From Spirochaetales bacterium (GTDB lineage: Bacteria > Spirochaetota > GWE2-31-10): a stretch of DNA of 64,000 bases. A model generated the notes under the pieces. That model searched no databases and was not told where the DNA came from. It saw only the letters and a list, made by a program, of their open reading frames with translations. The position numbers were made by a program, and so were the translations under genes. Numbering within the stretch: the stretch's first letter is position 1; each line of letters begins with the position of its first letter. Location: contig JAGANG010000048.1 in the NCBI GenBank assembly GCA_017624275.1, positions 199 to 64,198 of the forward strand, in the 5' to 3' direction. Shown piece by piece: positions 37,581 through 47,348 of the stretch.

Positions 37581-38251
37581 CTATTTTCTATTACATAAAC
37601 ATTTGTTGCACTCAATAGTTTATTTTCTTTCATATCTTTTTCCTTTGATGCTTTTATGGAATATCCCGCATCTTTTACCAAAGATAAAAAATCATTAATA
37701 TATGCTCGTCCCGGATCAGCCAAATAAACAGGAATTTTCTTCTGTAAAAAAGTATTTAGTACATTAAACAACGGAGCAACCTGTTTTTTTTCATATAAAA
37801 CATCAGAACATATTACCACATCAATATTTTCTTCTATTTCCGGGAAATCTCGCCAATCAGCTACTAATGTTTCAAAATTATCCAAATTATTAATTTCACA
37901 ATTATGATGACATAATTGGCAACTAAATTCTTCATAATCCGTAAAAATTACTCGGCAATCTACATTCATTGCAAGTGCAATTCCCGTTACTCCGGTACCG
38001 GCTCCTAATTCCAACACCGTCTTCCCTTGTAACGATAATGAATTGTTAATTAAATATTCTGCCAATAAAACACCGGAATCCCAAACTGCAAAAAAATACG
38101 GGAATCGTTCATCCTCTTCAAATTGCTCATTAGTCATTTGATCTATTATTGCATCAAGATCATCACTATAATCAATTTTGAAATTCTTATTCCCGCAACA
38201 AAATTGCTTACTTTTTAATTTTACATTTGAAAAAATTTCATTCATTCCCAT
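37577..38251 (-). CDS. Class I SAM-dependent methyltransferase (Methyltransf_16/METTL21-like)
   Basis: 224 aa. VWDSGVLLAEYL and the SAM motif VLELGAGTGVTGIALA, then DVVICSDVLY. Confidence 0.75.
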   Translation of the reverse strand: MGMNEIFSNVKLKSKQFCCGNKNFKIDYSDDLDAIIDQMTNEQFEEDERFPYFFAVWDSGVLLAEYLINNSLSLQGKTVLELGAGTGVTGIALAMNVDCRVIFTDYEEFSCQLCHHNCEINNLDNFETLVADWRDFPEIEENIDVVICSDVLYEKKQVAPLFNVLNTFLQKKIPVYLADPGRAYINDFLSLVKDAGYSIKASKEKDMKENKLLSATNVYVIENS

Positions 38252-38349
38252 AAAATAATCACCACCGAAAGACTTATACTACATTTATAGAATTACGTAA
38301 TCATTGTATTATCAATTTTTGTACTTTGATTTTAAAATATTGTTCTCGG

Positions 38350-38378
38350 TTGACACAAAAAAATGAAAAGATTATATC
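38350..38378 (+). promoter_or_regulatory. Putative sigma70-type promoter placed for a leaderless antiporter mRNA
   Basis: TTGACA, 17-nt spacer, TATATC. The -10 element ends 6 nt before ATG 38385. No Shine-Dalgarno sequence lies between them. Confidence 0.45.
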
Positions 38379-38384
38379 CACTCC

Positions 38385-40412
38385 ATGGACTTTTCACAAA
38401 TTTTCCCGGCAAAAGATCCGGTTATAGTATTTTCTATTATTAGTTTAATTATTCTTTTCATTCCGATATTGTTCGAACGTATTCACTTGCCCGGCTTGGT
38501 CGGTTTTATTGTGATAGGAGCATTACTCGGAGAACACGGGCTCAATATTTTACAAAGAGACAGTGCGATTACTTTGTTCGGAACAGTCGGACTTTTGTAT
38601 ATAATGTTTGCTTCCGGACTGGAAACCGATATTGACGATTTCAAGAAAAATACAAAGCGAAGTATAATATTCGGATTATTAACATTTATTATTCCGCAAG
38701 GTTTGGGAACATTAATCTCATATTATATACTTGGATTCTCATGGATTTCTTCTATTTTATTGGCAAGTATGTTTGCTTCCCATACGCTATTGGCGTATCC
38801 ACTTGTAAGTAAATTTAACATATCAAAAAATGAAGCAGTTACAATTACCGTCGGCGGAACAATCATTGTAAATTTCTTAGCATTGTTAGTTTTATCTGTA
38901 ATAATCAGTGCCGACGGCGGTGAATTAAACACTAAATTTTGGATAAAACTCACCGTAAATGTTTTTGTATTTTTACTGATAGTTTTGTTCTTGATTCCGA
39001 GAGGTTGCCGTTGGTTTTTCAAACGATTAAACAGTGAAGACGGCTCGCAATTCGTTTTTGTACTTTTCGTAGTCTTCGGGGTCAGTCTTTTAGCACAAAT
39101 TCTGGGAATTGAACCGATTATCGGAGCATTCTTTTCCGGATTAATATTAAGTAACCTGATTTCCCCGACTTCCAAACTAGCAGATCGATTATCATTTACC
39201 GGAAACAGTCTTTTTATTCCGTTTTTCTTAATCAGTGTAGGAATGTTAATAAATGTCAAAGGTTTCGGAAGCGGTTTTACTCCGTGGCTGGTCGCAATAG
39301 TTATGATTGTAACTGCTACTGTATGTAAATTTTTACCGGCATTTATTGTGCGTCACGCATTTCGTTACACAAAAGATGAAGGCTGGTTGATTTTCGGACT
39401 TTCAAATGCTCAAGCAGCAGCTACTCTTGCCGCTGTAATGGTAGGACATCAAAAAGGTTTATTAAATGACGATGTATTAAACGGTACTATTTTAATGATT
39501 GTAGCTACCGTATTTATAAGCACTTACGTTACAGACCGTGTCGGACGACGCATTGCTATTGTAATGAAAGAAAATACACCTTCGGACAACGGACACAACA
39601 ATTATTTAATAAATGTTTTCAATCCTAAAACTGCCGAACATTTGATAAATCTTGCATTACTTTTCAGTAACGACAAGGCAAATATGTATGCGTTATCAAT
39701 TATCAGTGATGATAAAAATATTGATCAGCAAAAGAAAAATATTAACGACATTCATGACCATGTAAAAAAATACGCTAAAAATCTTAACAAAGACATTGAA
39801 ACTTCAATGCGTGTCGACATAAATATTCCCGGCGGAATTGTACGTGCATCAAAAGAACTTAATGCCGGAAATATGTTAATAGGTTGGAACAGTAAAACTC
39901 GTGCAACCGACAAATTATTCGGTTCATTACAAACTCAAATCCTTCAAAATTCCGACGGTCAACTTATGATTTGTAATGTTCAAAATCAGCTGGAAAAAAT
40001 ACATCAGATTTCCGTATTTTTACCCAATAACATAGAAAAAGAAGCCGGTTTTGCAGATTTACTACAGACAATTTTAAATATAGCCAACAAGCGTAAGATT
40101 CCTATGCATATTCATTGTGCCGAATCTATATGCCAATTAATCGCAGAAAAAAGCCATCCGGATTTCGTATCCATAATCGGCTCAAAGTCAAATGTAGAAC
40201 GGATGAAATTAATATTCGAAAATCTATCAGAAGACAATTTTGTAATAGTAATAGGTGCCAGAAAAAATTCTATTTCTTGGTCAAAAGAAAACGACAAGAT
40301 TCCAAAACTATTAAACAATTATTCAGCAAAACACGATTTCGCTTTAATTTATCCCAGAATTTTGCCGGACAGCAGCAGCGTAAATCTTTTTGAATCAGAG
40401 GTTGTCACATGA
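38385..40412 (+). CDS. Cation:proton antiporter (CPA2/Kef-like) with a C-terminal tandem USP-like region
   Basis: 675 aa. About 12 TM segments with a Na_H_Exchanger pattern (LPGLVGFIVIGALLGEHGLN). The C-terminal 280 aa or so are soluble with a universal-stress-protein-like alpha/beta pattern. Confidence 0.8.
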   Translation: MDFSQIFPAKDPVIVFSIISLIILFIPILFERIHLPGLVGFIVIGALLGEHGLNILQRDSAITLFGTVGLLYIMFASGLETDIDDFKKNTKRSIIFGLLTFIIPQGLGTLISYYILGFSWISSILLASMFASHTLLAYPLVSKFNISKNEAVTITVGGTIIVNFLALLVLSVIISADGGELNTKFWIKLTVNVFVFLLIVLFLIPRGCRWFFKRLNSEDGSQFVFVLFVVFGVSLLAQILGIEPIIGAFFSGLILSNLISPTSKLADRLSFTGNSLFIPFFLISVGMLINVKGFGSGFTPWLVAIVMIVTATVCKFLPAFIVRHAFRYTKDEGWLIFGLSNAQAAATLAAVMVGHQKGLLNDDVLNGTILMIVATVFISTYVTDRVGRRIAIVMKENTPSDNGHNNYLINVFNPKTAEHLINLALLFSNDKANMYALSIISDDKNIDQQKKNINDIHDHVKKYAKNLNKDIETSMRVDINIPGGIVRASKELNAGNMLIGWNSKTRATDKLFGSLQTQILQNSDGQLMICNVQNQLEKIHQISVFLPNNIEKEAGFADLLQTILNIANKRKIPMHIHCAESICQLIAEKSHPDFVSIIGSKSNVERMKLIFENLSEDNFVIVIGARKNSISWSKENDKIPKLLNNYSAKHDFALIYPRILPDSSSVNLFESEVVT

Positions 40413-40927
40413 AAAATATTATTTTAATCGGAATGCCCGGAGCCGGCAAAAGTACAATCGGAGTTGTTTTAGCGAAAGTTGCCGGTGCCGCCTTTGTAGA
40501 TACTGATCTTTTGATTCAACAACAAGAAGGGAAATTATTACAAGCTATCGTTGATAAAATCGGTTGTGACAACTTTATCACTTTAGAAAGTAATTTTCTT
40601 GCCGGATTTATTCCGCAAGGTTTCAGTGTTATAGCAACAGGTGGCAGTGCTGTCTATACAAAAATTGCAATGGATAATCTAAGCAGTATCGGGAAAATCG
40701 TATACCTACAATTGCCTTACAGTGAAATAGAAAAACGTATTCATAATATTACAACTCGTGGTTTAGCTATGGCAAAAGGAAAAACGTTACTTGATTTGTA
40801 CAACGAACGTCTTCCTCTTTACCAAAAATATGCAGATATAACTATAGATTGCCAAAATAAAACAATCGAGAATATCGCTTTAGAAATTTTAAATGAATTT
40901 AAAAAAGAGCTGAATGTTTCTCTATAA
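40409..40927 (+). CDS. aroK: Shikimate kinase
   Basis: 172 aa. P-loop GMPGAGKSTIG, DTD, GGSAV. Its ATG overlaps the antiporter stop (ATGA). Confidence 0.88.
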   Translation: MKNIILIGMPGAGKSTIGVVLAKVAGAAFVDTDLLIQQQEGKLLQAIVDKIGCDNFITLESNFLAGFIPQGFSVIATGGSAVYTKIAMDNLSSIGKIVYLQLPYSEIEKRIHNITTRGLAMAKGKTLLDLYNERLPLYQKYADITIDCQNKTIENIALEILNEFKKELNVSL

Positions 40928-41630
40928 GAGCCTCAATCTCTCCGGTAGAAATCATCTCTTCTAAGATTGCATTTATTTCATTTAACAATTTTGTATTACC
41001 CTTCTGTATACATATTGCATAATATTCGGCAGTACCTCGCAGCGGATTGCATTGTAATTGATTGTATTGAGATTTTGCCCAAGCCGCAGTTTGTTGATCA
41101 ATAACAATTGCGTCAATTTCATCATTTAACAATGCTTTTACTACATGCAAAGTTGTCGGATAAATAAGCAAATCAGTTTTTTTCAAATCCATTTGCCTTA
41201 CCAACGAATGTCCCGTAGTTCCCTGTTTTATTCCGATTCTTATACCGTCAAACTCATCTCTACTTATTACCGGAAATTTATTCAACGAAATTATAAATTG
41301 CTCACTTTTGGCATAAGGAATAGAAAAATCAACATGCTTTTTTCGTTCCGGTGTAACCGTCATTGCGGCAATTCCTATATCACCGAATTTTCTCTCAATC
41401 GACGGAATGATTGAACTAAACCCCACAGAAACAATTTTTACTTTTCGTCCTGTTCTTTCCCCTATTTTTACGGCAATATCAGGATCCACACCTGCCGGCT
41501 CACCGTCTTTAAGATATTCAAACGGAGGAAAACTATGATCCGTAAGAACAACCAATTCATTTTTTTTATTACAAGATAAAAATGCTAATAAAAATATTAG
41601 TAAAGGAAAAAATTTCGTCATTCTGTACAC
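40899..41630 (-). CDS. Amino-acid ABC transporter substrate-binding lipoprotein (PBP type 3)
   Basis: 243 aa. Lipobox FLSC, and an SBP_bac_3 pattern (FPPFEY, DIGIAAMTVTPERKK, VDFSIPY). Confidence 0.8.
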   Translation of the reverse strand: MYRMTKFFPLLIFLLAFLSCNKKNELVVLTDHSFPPFEYLKDGEPAGVDPDIAVKIGERTGRKVKIVSVGFSSIIPSIERKFGDIGIAAMTVTPERKKHVDFSIPYAKSEQFIISLNKFPVISRDEFDGIRIGIKQGTTGHSLVRQMDLKKTDLLIYPTTLHVVKALLNDEIDAIVIDQQTAAWAKSQYNQLQCNPLRGTAEYYAICIQKGNTKLLNEINAILEEMISTGEIEALIEKHSALF

Positions 41631-41732
41631 CTACAAAAAATCTTTATTAAAGATTAAGTCGCATATTCTGGTAAATCAAAAAAATTACATTATAAAAAAT
41701 TATACTTTTCAGATTTTTTTTCTAAATAACAG

Positions 41733-41760
41733 TTGCAATTTAAAAAAAAATGGATATAAT
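41733..41760 (+). promoter_or_regulatory. Putative strong sigma70-type promoter for acpP
   Basis: TTGCAA, 16-nt spacer, TATAAT. It lies 50 nt upstream of the acpP ATG. Confidence 0.55.
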
Positions 41761-41810
41761 ACAGTCAAGATTTATGACCAGTTGGTCACTTTATATGAAG
41801 GGAGTTAGAA

Positions 41811-42053
41811 ATGACAAACGAAGAAATTTTTGAAAAAGTTAAAAAATTAATTGCTGAAAGATTAGCTGTAAATGAAAGTAAAATTGTTCCTGAAGCTTCT
41901 TTTATTGAAGATTTAGGTGCAGACTCTTTAGACACTGTAGAATTACTTACACAGTTGGAACAAGAATTCAACATTACAATTCCTGATGAAGATGCTGAAA
42001 AAATTACTACAGTTGGAAGCGTTATCGATTATATCCAGGCAAATGAAGCATAA
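41811..42053 (+). CDS. acpP: Housekeeping acyl carrier protein
   Basis: 80 aa. Canonical [19 protein letters not shown]. Confidence 0.93.
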   Translation: MTNEEIFEKVKKLIAERLAVNESKIVPEASFIEDLGADSLDTVELLTQLEQEFNITIPDEDAEKITTVGSVIDYIQANEA

Positions 42054-42078
42054 TTAAAATCTTCATTTATCAACCAAG

Positions 42079-42122
42079 CCTTTATAAAAGAACCGGATAA
42101 GTTTTTTTATAAAGGTTTTTTT
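42079..42122 (+). terminator. Rho-independent terminator (or attenuator) after acpP
   Basis: 11-bp stem CCTTTATAAAA/TTTTATAAAGG, followed by TTTTTTT. Confidence 0.7.
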
Positions 42123-42169
42123 GTTAGATAGAGTTACAATTTTTACTCTATTAATTACGGAGTTCCCCC

Positions 42170-42946
42170 TTGGAAACAAAAAGAAAAAATGAATTAAAAA
42201 ATTTCCTAAAAGTACAAAAGATTAAATTCAATGACCTCAACCTTCTTGATTTGGCATTATCACATCGTTCTTTTGCCAATGAAAAAAACTCCGGCACAGA
42301 AAACAACGAAAAATTAGAATTTCTCGGAGATTCTGTTCTAGGCTTAATTATCACGGAATTTCTTTACAAAAACTACCCAACCTTACACGAAGGTGATTTT
42401 GCAAGAGTAAAATCATTTGTTGTCAGTGAAGAAATGTTGTCACAACAAGGTAAAAATATAGGGTTAAATAAATTAATAAAAATCGGACACGGCGAAGAAA
42501 TGACCGGCGGTCGTGAAAAAAAAGCAATAATTGCCGATGCGTTTGAAGCATTCCTCGGAGCGATGTATTTAGATTCAAAATATTCAAAAGTCGAAGAATT
42601 TGTAATCAGATTATTTGCGGAAGAAATCACCCTTGTAATAAACGAACATCACGGACAAGACTACAAAACTTTATTGCAAGAATTTGTTCAGAAAAAATAT
42701 CGAGATTGTCCGCAATATCGTCAAATTTCTGAGAGCGGTCCGGAACATAACAAAACTTTCTTGATGGAAGTTATTATAAACAACGAAACTATTGCACAAG
42801 GATACGGAAAATCAAAAAAAGAAGCCGAAAAAAATGCTGCTAAAATTGCTTACCAAAAAATTACAGCAAATTCTCCTAAAACAGAAAAACAAATTACCGA
42901 AATCCATAAAAAAGGCCGAAAATCTCATAGTAAAAAGAGAGGTTAA
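42170..42946 (+). CDS. rnc: Ribonuclease III
   Basis: TTG start (no in-frame ATG nearby). Signature EKLEFLGDSVL, and a C-terminal dsRBD followed by a Lys-rich tail. Confidence 0.9.
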   Translation: METKRKNELKNFLKVQKIKFNDLNLLDLALSHRSFANEKNSGTENNEKLEFLGDSVLGLIITEFLYKNYPTLHEGDFARVKSFVVSEEMLSQQGKNIGLNKLIKIGHGEEMTGGREKKAIIADAFEAFLGAMYLDSKYSKVEEFVIRLFAEEITLVINEHHGQDYKTLLQEFVQKKYRDCPQYRQISESGPEHNKTFLMEVIINNETIAQGYGKSKKEAEKNAAKIAYQKITANSPKTEKQITEIHKKGRKSHSKKRG

Positions 42947-42951
42947 ATTTC

Positions 42952-43995
42952 ATGATTTCAGTCGGAAATATAAAAATCGGGAATCGCAATTTTATTCCGG
43001 TTCAAACAATGTTAAAAAATCCTGTTTGGGAAATAGACAAAACGTTAGAAAAAATTGAAAGACTTGAAAAAATCGGTTGTGATATTTTAAGAATCACTGT
43101 TCCGGATCAACAAGCTCTTGCCGGATTGAAAGAAATATTAAAAATAACAAAACTCCCGATAGTTGCTGATATACACTTCGATTATAAATTAGCAATCGCC
43201 TCTGTTGAAGCCGGAGTTCACAAAGTTCGTATTAATCCGGGAAATATCGGAGACAAAAGTCGAGTACAATGCGTTATTGATTGCTTAAAAAAACACGGAA
43301 CTCCGGTAAGAATAGGTATAAATAAAGGTTCTTTGCCAAAACATTTAAAAGAAAAATATAAAGATCCGATAAAAGTAATGATAGAATCTGCCAGAGAAGA
43401 AGCTGAATATTTTAAAGAAGCCGGATATGACAACGTAGTTCTTTCGTTCAAATCTTCTACTGTTACGGAAACAATTGCAGTTAATCGACTTGCCAAACAA
43501 GAATTCGATTATCCGCTGCATATCGGAGTAACTGAAGCCGGAGATTTGATTGACGGAACTATAAAAAACAGTATCGGAATCGCAACTCTTTTACAAGAAG
43601 GTATCGGCGATACAATCAGAGTAAGTCTGACCGCCGCAGAGGAAGAAGAAGTTAAAACCGGTATAAAAATACTTGAAGCTTTAAAATTGCGTGAAAGTCA
43701 TGTTGAAATCATCAGTTGCCCTACTTGCGGACGAACACAAATCGAATTGGCAAAACTCGGTCAACAAGTAAAAAAACTTACCGAAGGAAAGCGATTTTGT
43801 AAGAACCTAAAAATAGCGGTAATGGGATGCATTGTAAACGGCCCGGGAGAAGCCGGGGAATGTGATTTTGGTATTGCCGGCGGAAAAGATCAGTCGATTC
43901 TATTCAAAAACGGCGAAAAGCTAAAGATTATCAAGAATGACTGTATTATGTCTGAAATGGAACAGTTGTTAATGGAGTATTATGAAAAAGATTAA
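42952..43995 (+). CDS. ispG: 4-hydroxy-3-methylbut-2-enyl diphosphate synthase (IspG/GcpE)
   Basis: 347 aa. VADIHFDY, RINPGNIG, and the [4Fe-4S] cysteines in SCPTCGRT and GCIVNGPGE. Confidence 0.93.
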   Translation: MISVGNIKIGNRNFIPVQTMLKNPVWEIDKTLEKIERLEKIGCDILRITVPDQQALAGLKEILKITKLPIVADIHFDYKLAIASVEAGVHKVRINPGNIGDKSRVQCVIDCLKKHGTPVRIGINKGSLPKHLKEKYKDPIKVMIESAREEAEYFKEAGYDNVVLSFKSSTVTETIAVNRLAKQEFDYPLHIGVTEAGDLIDGTIKNSIGIATLLQEGIGDTIRVSLTAAEEEEVKTGIKILEALKLRESHVEIISCPTCGRTQIELAKLGQQVKKLTEGKRFCKNLKIAVMGCIVNGPGEAGECDFGIAGGKDQSILFKNGEKLKIIKNDCIMSEMEQLLMEYYEKD

Positions 43996-44998
43996 TCTGA
44001 TAATTTTATTTCTTTTACAATGTCTATGGATTTTTGCATCTAAGGAGCCAAGTTGGGTTCATCTAAAGCGAGCTGAAAATCTCACAGCCAAAGGTGAATA
44101 TTCTGAAGCAATGAGTGAAGTTCGTAAAGCAAGAGCTCGACATATTGACGAAGCTTTAGAGCGTTATTGGAACAAGCTAGTCATAGAAAATCCGGATAAA
44201 ACAGACTACGAATTAAAAAAACTTTTGCAAAAAGAAGAACAGAATCTTAAGATTTCAGATAATTATCCGCAATACCACAATATCGTAGGTGATTTATACG
44301 TAAAAACAAACTTCCTTTCCGAAGCAGAACGTGAATACAAATTGGTTTTAGAACAACAGGATTTTCTCGATTACCCAGATGAAATCTTAAATGTTCGTTA
44401 TAAACTTGCAGAGCTTTACAGCAGTCGCGGTGATTTAGACCTTGAAGAAATGACTTATCTTGAAATTATCAACGGATTTTTTGCCACAAAAAAAGACTCT
44501 TTTTGGGATAGAATTCGGTATAACATTCGCCAAGATATTACATTATCTCATATTTTTAAAGTTTACAGACTTGATAACGGAATGAAATATTTTAATGCAC
44601 TTTATAATATAGGTCGCAGTGCTGCAATTTCTCAAAAAAGAGATGAATCTTTATTTTACCTCGGATGTGCGGCTATTGTTTGGATGACACATTTTAATAA
44701 TGAGATTCGTAAAGTACAACCGGATTTTCATTATACCAGTCCGGTGAATTTTCTTAATTACATAAATAATCCGGCATTTCAAATTATGCTTACGGAAGAT
44801 TTTATCCTTGATAAATTAATGTTTTATATCGGTTATAATCATTTTCTTAACGGAAATATTCAAGAACGAGATCATTACTTTAATTTAGCGAGAAGTTTTG
44901 CGGAAAAAGCCGGACGTGTAAATATGATTAATGATCAAATTGATTATTTAATTGCTCATCCGGAACATGAGTTGACATATCAGGAAATTTTAAAATAA
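43982..44998 (+). CDS. Hypothetical secreted protein, TPR-like helical repeats
   Basis: 338 aa with a signal peptide. The AKGEYSEAMSEVRKA-type helical repeats are TPR-like. It overlaps the ispG 3' end by 14 nt. Confidence 0.5.
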   Translation: MKKINLIILFLLQCLWIFASKEPSWVHLKRAENLTAKGEYSEAMSEVRKARARHIDEALERYWNKLVIENPDKTDYELKKLLQKEEQNLKISDNYPQYHNIVGDLYVKTNFLSEAEREYKLVLEQQDFLDYPDEILNVRYKLAELYSSRGDLDLEEMTYLEIINGFFATKKDSFWDRIRYNIRQDITLSHIFKVYRLDNGMKYFNALYNIGRSAAISQKRDESLFYLGCAAIVWMTHFNNEIRKVQPDFHYTSPVNFLNYINNPAFQIMLTEDFILDKLMFYIGYNHFLNGNIQERDHYFNLARSFAEKAGRVNMINDQIDYLIAHPEHELTYQEILK

Positions 44999-44999
44999 T

Positions 45000-46073
45000 A
45001 TGATGAATATGATAAAAATTTTGTTGGTACTTTCATTTTCTGTTTTCTTCTCAAGTTGCTTTAATTACAATAAAAATTTTAATACTGAAATTGAAATGAT
45101 TGAACCGGAAATTTACGCTAAATATTTATCTATGGCTCCCGGCAATGACAAACCCAATTTGTATTACAGTGACGAATCAATGTTAGGATTAAAACTTTCT
45201 CGTTTTTCACAAAATAAATGGGAAACAATTTATCTGGATCAACTCGATACTCAAGAACATTTTAATCCGGTAATGGGAAAACATTTTTTAATGTACGACA
45301 AAATTTTTTATCTTGATTACCAAACTGAAACCAGAATTGTTTTAAAACAATTAAGAGAAAAAGAAGAAGGCGGTTTTCTGGCAGACGGAACTCGTGTTAC
45401 ATGTTCCGATTTTTGTATTCTTCAAGATTCTCCGGACAGCGACCCGCTTCTTTTTTACAATGACAGCGGAGAATTGAAAGCTGCAATATTGGAAGAACAA
45501 AGATATCTTGAAGAATTGGAATTTGATACGGAAAAGTTTCAAGGAATCGGAGAATTTCAAGTTTTCAAAACATTCGATTATTACACTATGGTTTACAGTA
45601 ACGACAGCGAGTTATTTTTAGTTCGTCTGGCTCTTAACAAAGAAGATAAAAAAATTGATGTAGAAAGCCTTTTACAAATTGACAGCGGAATCGAACAATT
45701 TCATGCAACGTTATTTGATAATGACGTAACTATTTTATATTACTCGAGAGAATATCTTTTAAGCTATTATTGCGGCGGAACAAATCAAAAAATAGGTTAT
45801 TATCCGGAAATACATTTTCTTAACGTAAATTATCACAACAGTCATCCGGTATTTACTATTTGTGCTCCGGATAAAGAATCTAAAAATCAGCCGGTTTATG
45901 CAACTTATTTTATTCATTACAACGACTCAAATAAAAAATGGCGAGAAGATTTACTTGTTCGTTCTAACACGCCGTTTATTGCTTGCAGTTCATTGAGTAC
46001 AACAAATAATTTTTATCTATTATTGTCCGGAAATGTTTTGCAACTGTTGACAATTCCGGCTGCCGGGTTGTAA
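45000..46073 (+). CDS. Hypothetical lipoprotein
   Basis: 357 aa. Lipobox FSSC. Beta-rich. It starts 1 nt after the upstream stop. Confidence 0.5.
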   Translation: MMNMIKILLVLSFSVFFSSCFNYNKNFNTEIEMIEPEIYAKYLSMAPGNDKPNLYYSDESMLGLKLSRFSQNKWETIYLDQLDTQEHFNPVMGKHFLMYDKIFYLDYQTETRIVLKQLREKEEGGFLADGTRVTCSDFCILQDSPDSDPLLFYNDSGELKAAILEEQRYLEELEFDTEKFQGIGEFQVFKTFDYYTMVYSNDSELFLVRLALNKEDKKIDVESLLQIDSGIEQFHATLFDNDVTILYYSREYLLSYYCGGTNQKIGYYPEIHFLNVNYHNSHPVFTICAPDKESKNQPVYATYFIHYNDSNKKWREDLLVRSNTPFIACSSLSTTNNFYLLLSGNVLQLLTIPAAGL

Positions 46074-47297
46074 ATGCAAAAATATGATTTATTAATAATA
46101 GGTGCCGGAAGTGCAGGAACCGCTGCCGCTTTACACGCAAAAGGAAAAAAGATTGCAATTGCTGAAAAATCTTTAATCGGCGGAACCTGCGTCAATGACG
46201 GTTGTATTCCATTTAAATCATTCTTAAATATCGCTGAAAAAATTGCAGAAAATCGTAACGGATTAATAGGACTTACTTCCGGCTGCGTTAACAATAACAT
46301 TATAGATTACACCGCAATTACCGACGAAGTAAGACGCCGTACCGAAAGTGTAAGAAAATCGCTGGAATTTTCACTGAGAGATATTCCGATTTTACAAGGC
46401 GAAGTAACGCTGATTGATTCAAACCACGCAATTATTAACAACGAAAAAATTGAATTCGATTATTTACTTATTGCCACCGGAAGTCGCAGTGTGGCAAAAA
46501 TTTCACCGACACGACAACTTCTAGATTTCAATGAACTACCCAAAGAAATCACTGTAATCGGCAGCGGAACTACCGGAATAGAAGCTGCAACAATATTGGC
46601 AAAATTAGGAACAAAAGTAACTCTGCAAGAAAAACAAAGCATTATTGCTCCGGGAATTCCTGAAATTTTACGTAAAGAACTACAAATTATTTTACGCCGA
46701 AGCGGTATTATCACAAAAACAAACTGCGATGATTTACCGGAAAATGCGTTACTGTGCAACGGTCGTATTCCTGTTTTGCCGACTTTTTCTGACGGTTCGC
46801 CCGTTCCTGCAACAGATAAATTCGGTTGCTTGATAACCAACGAAAACCAACAGACATCAATACAAAACTGGTTTGCGGCAGGTGATGTTTGCAGCGGGAC
46901 TCCGAAACTTGCATATATTGCTGCTCGTCAAGCACAACAAGCTATTTCTGTAATGTTCAATTTTTCTAAAATTCCAGAAATTACGCCGCAATTCATTCCG
47001 CATTGCATATTTGCATCATCGCCTTTAGCTTGGTTCGGAGATTTAGAAAATCCGGATTATTCCATTGAAAAAAAATCATATAAAGCCATTCCTGCTGCCG
47101 TCGCATACAATGATGTTCGCGGTTTTATAATTACGGCTACTGATAAAAAAGGACAACTTTGCGGTGCTGCAATTTGCGGAACTGCTGCACATGAAATGAT
47201 TCATCAATTATTAATTTGTGCAAAATACAAAATAACTCTTGAAGAATTGCACCGCAACGTACTGACTCTTCATCCCGTATTATCTGAAATTTTATAG
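46074..47297 (+). CDS. FAD-dependent pyridine nucleotide-disulfide oxidoreductase (class I, short)
   Basis: 407 aa. FAD motif LLIIGAGSAGTAAA, redox-active disulfide GGTCVNDGCIPFK, second Rossmann motif VIGSGTTGIEAA, and a C-terminal HPVLSE. Its ATG immediately follows the upstream stop. Confidence 0.8.
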   Translation: MQKYDLLIIGAGSAGTAAALHAKGKKIAIAEKSLIGGTCVNDGCIPFKSFLNIAEKIAENRNGLIGLTSGCVNNNIIDYTAITDEVRRRTESVRKSLEFSLRDIPILQGEVTLIDSNHAIINNEKIEFDYLLIATGSRSVAKISPTRQLLDFNELPKEITVIGSGTTGIEAATILAKLGTKVTLQEKQSIIAPGIPEILRKELQIILRRSGIITKTNCDDLPENALLCNGRIPVLPTFSDGSPVPATDKFGCLITNENQQTSIQNWFAAGDVCSGTPKLAYIAARQAQQAISVMFNFSKIPEITPQFIPHCIFASSPLAWFGDLENPDYSIEKKSYKAIPAAVAYNDVRGFIITATDKKGQLCGAAICGTAAHEMIHQLLICAKYKITLEELHRNVLTLHPVLSEIL

Positions 47298-47348
47298 CAA
47301 TTCTATTTTATTGCATTTAACAACAAGTTCTTGTATATTTTTTTCACC

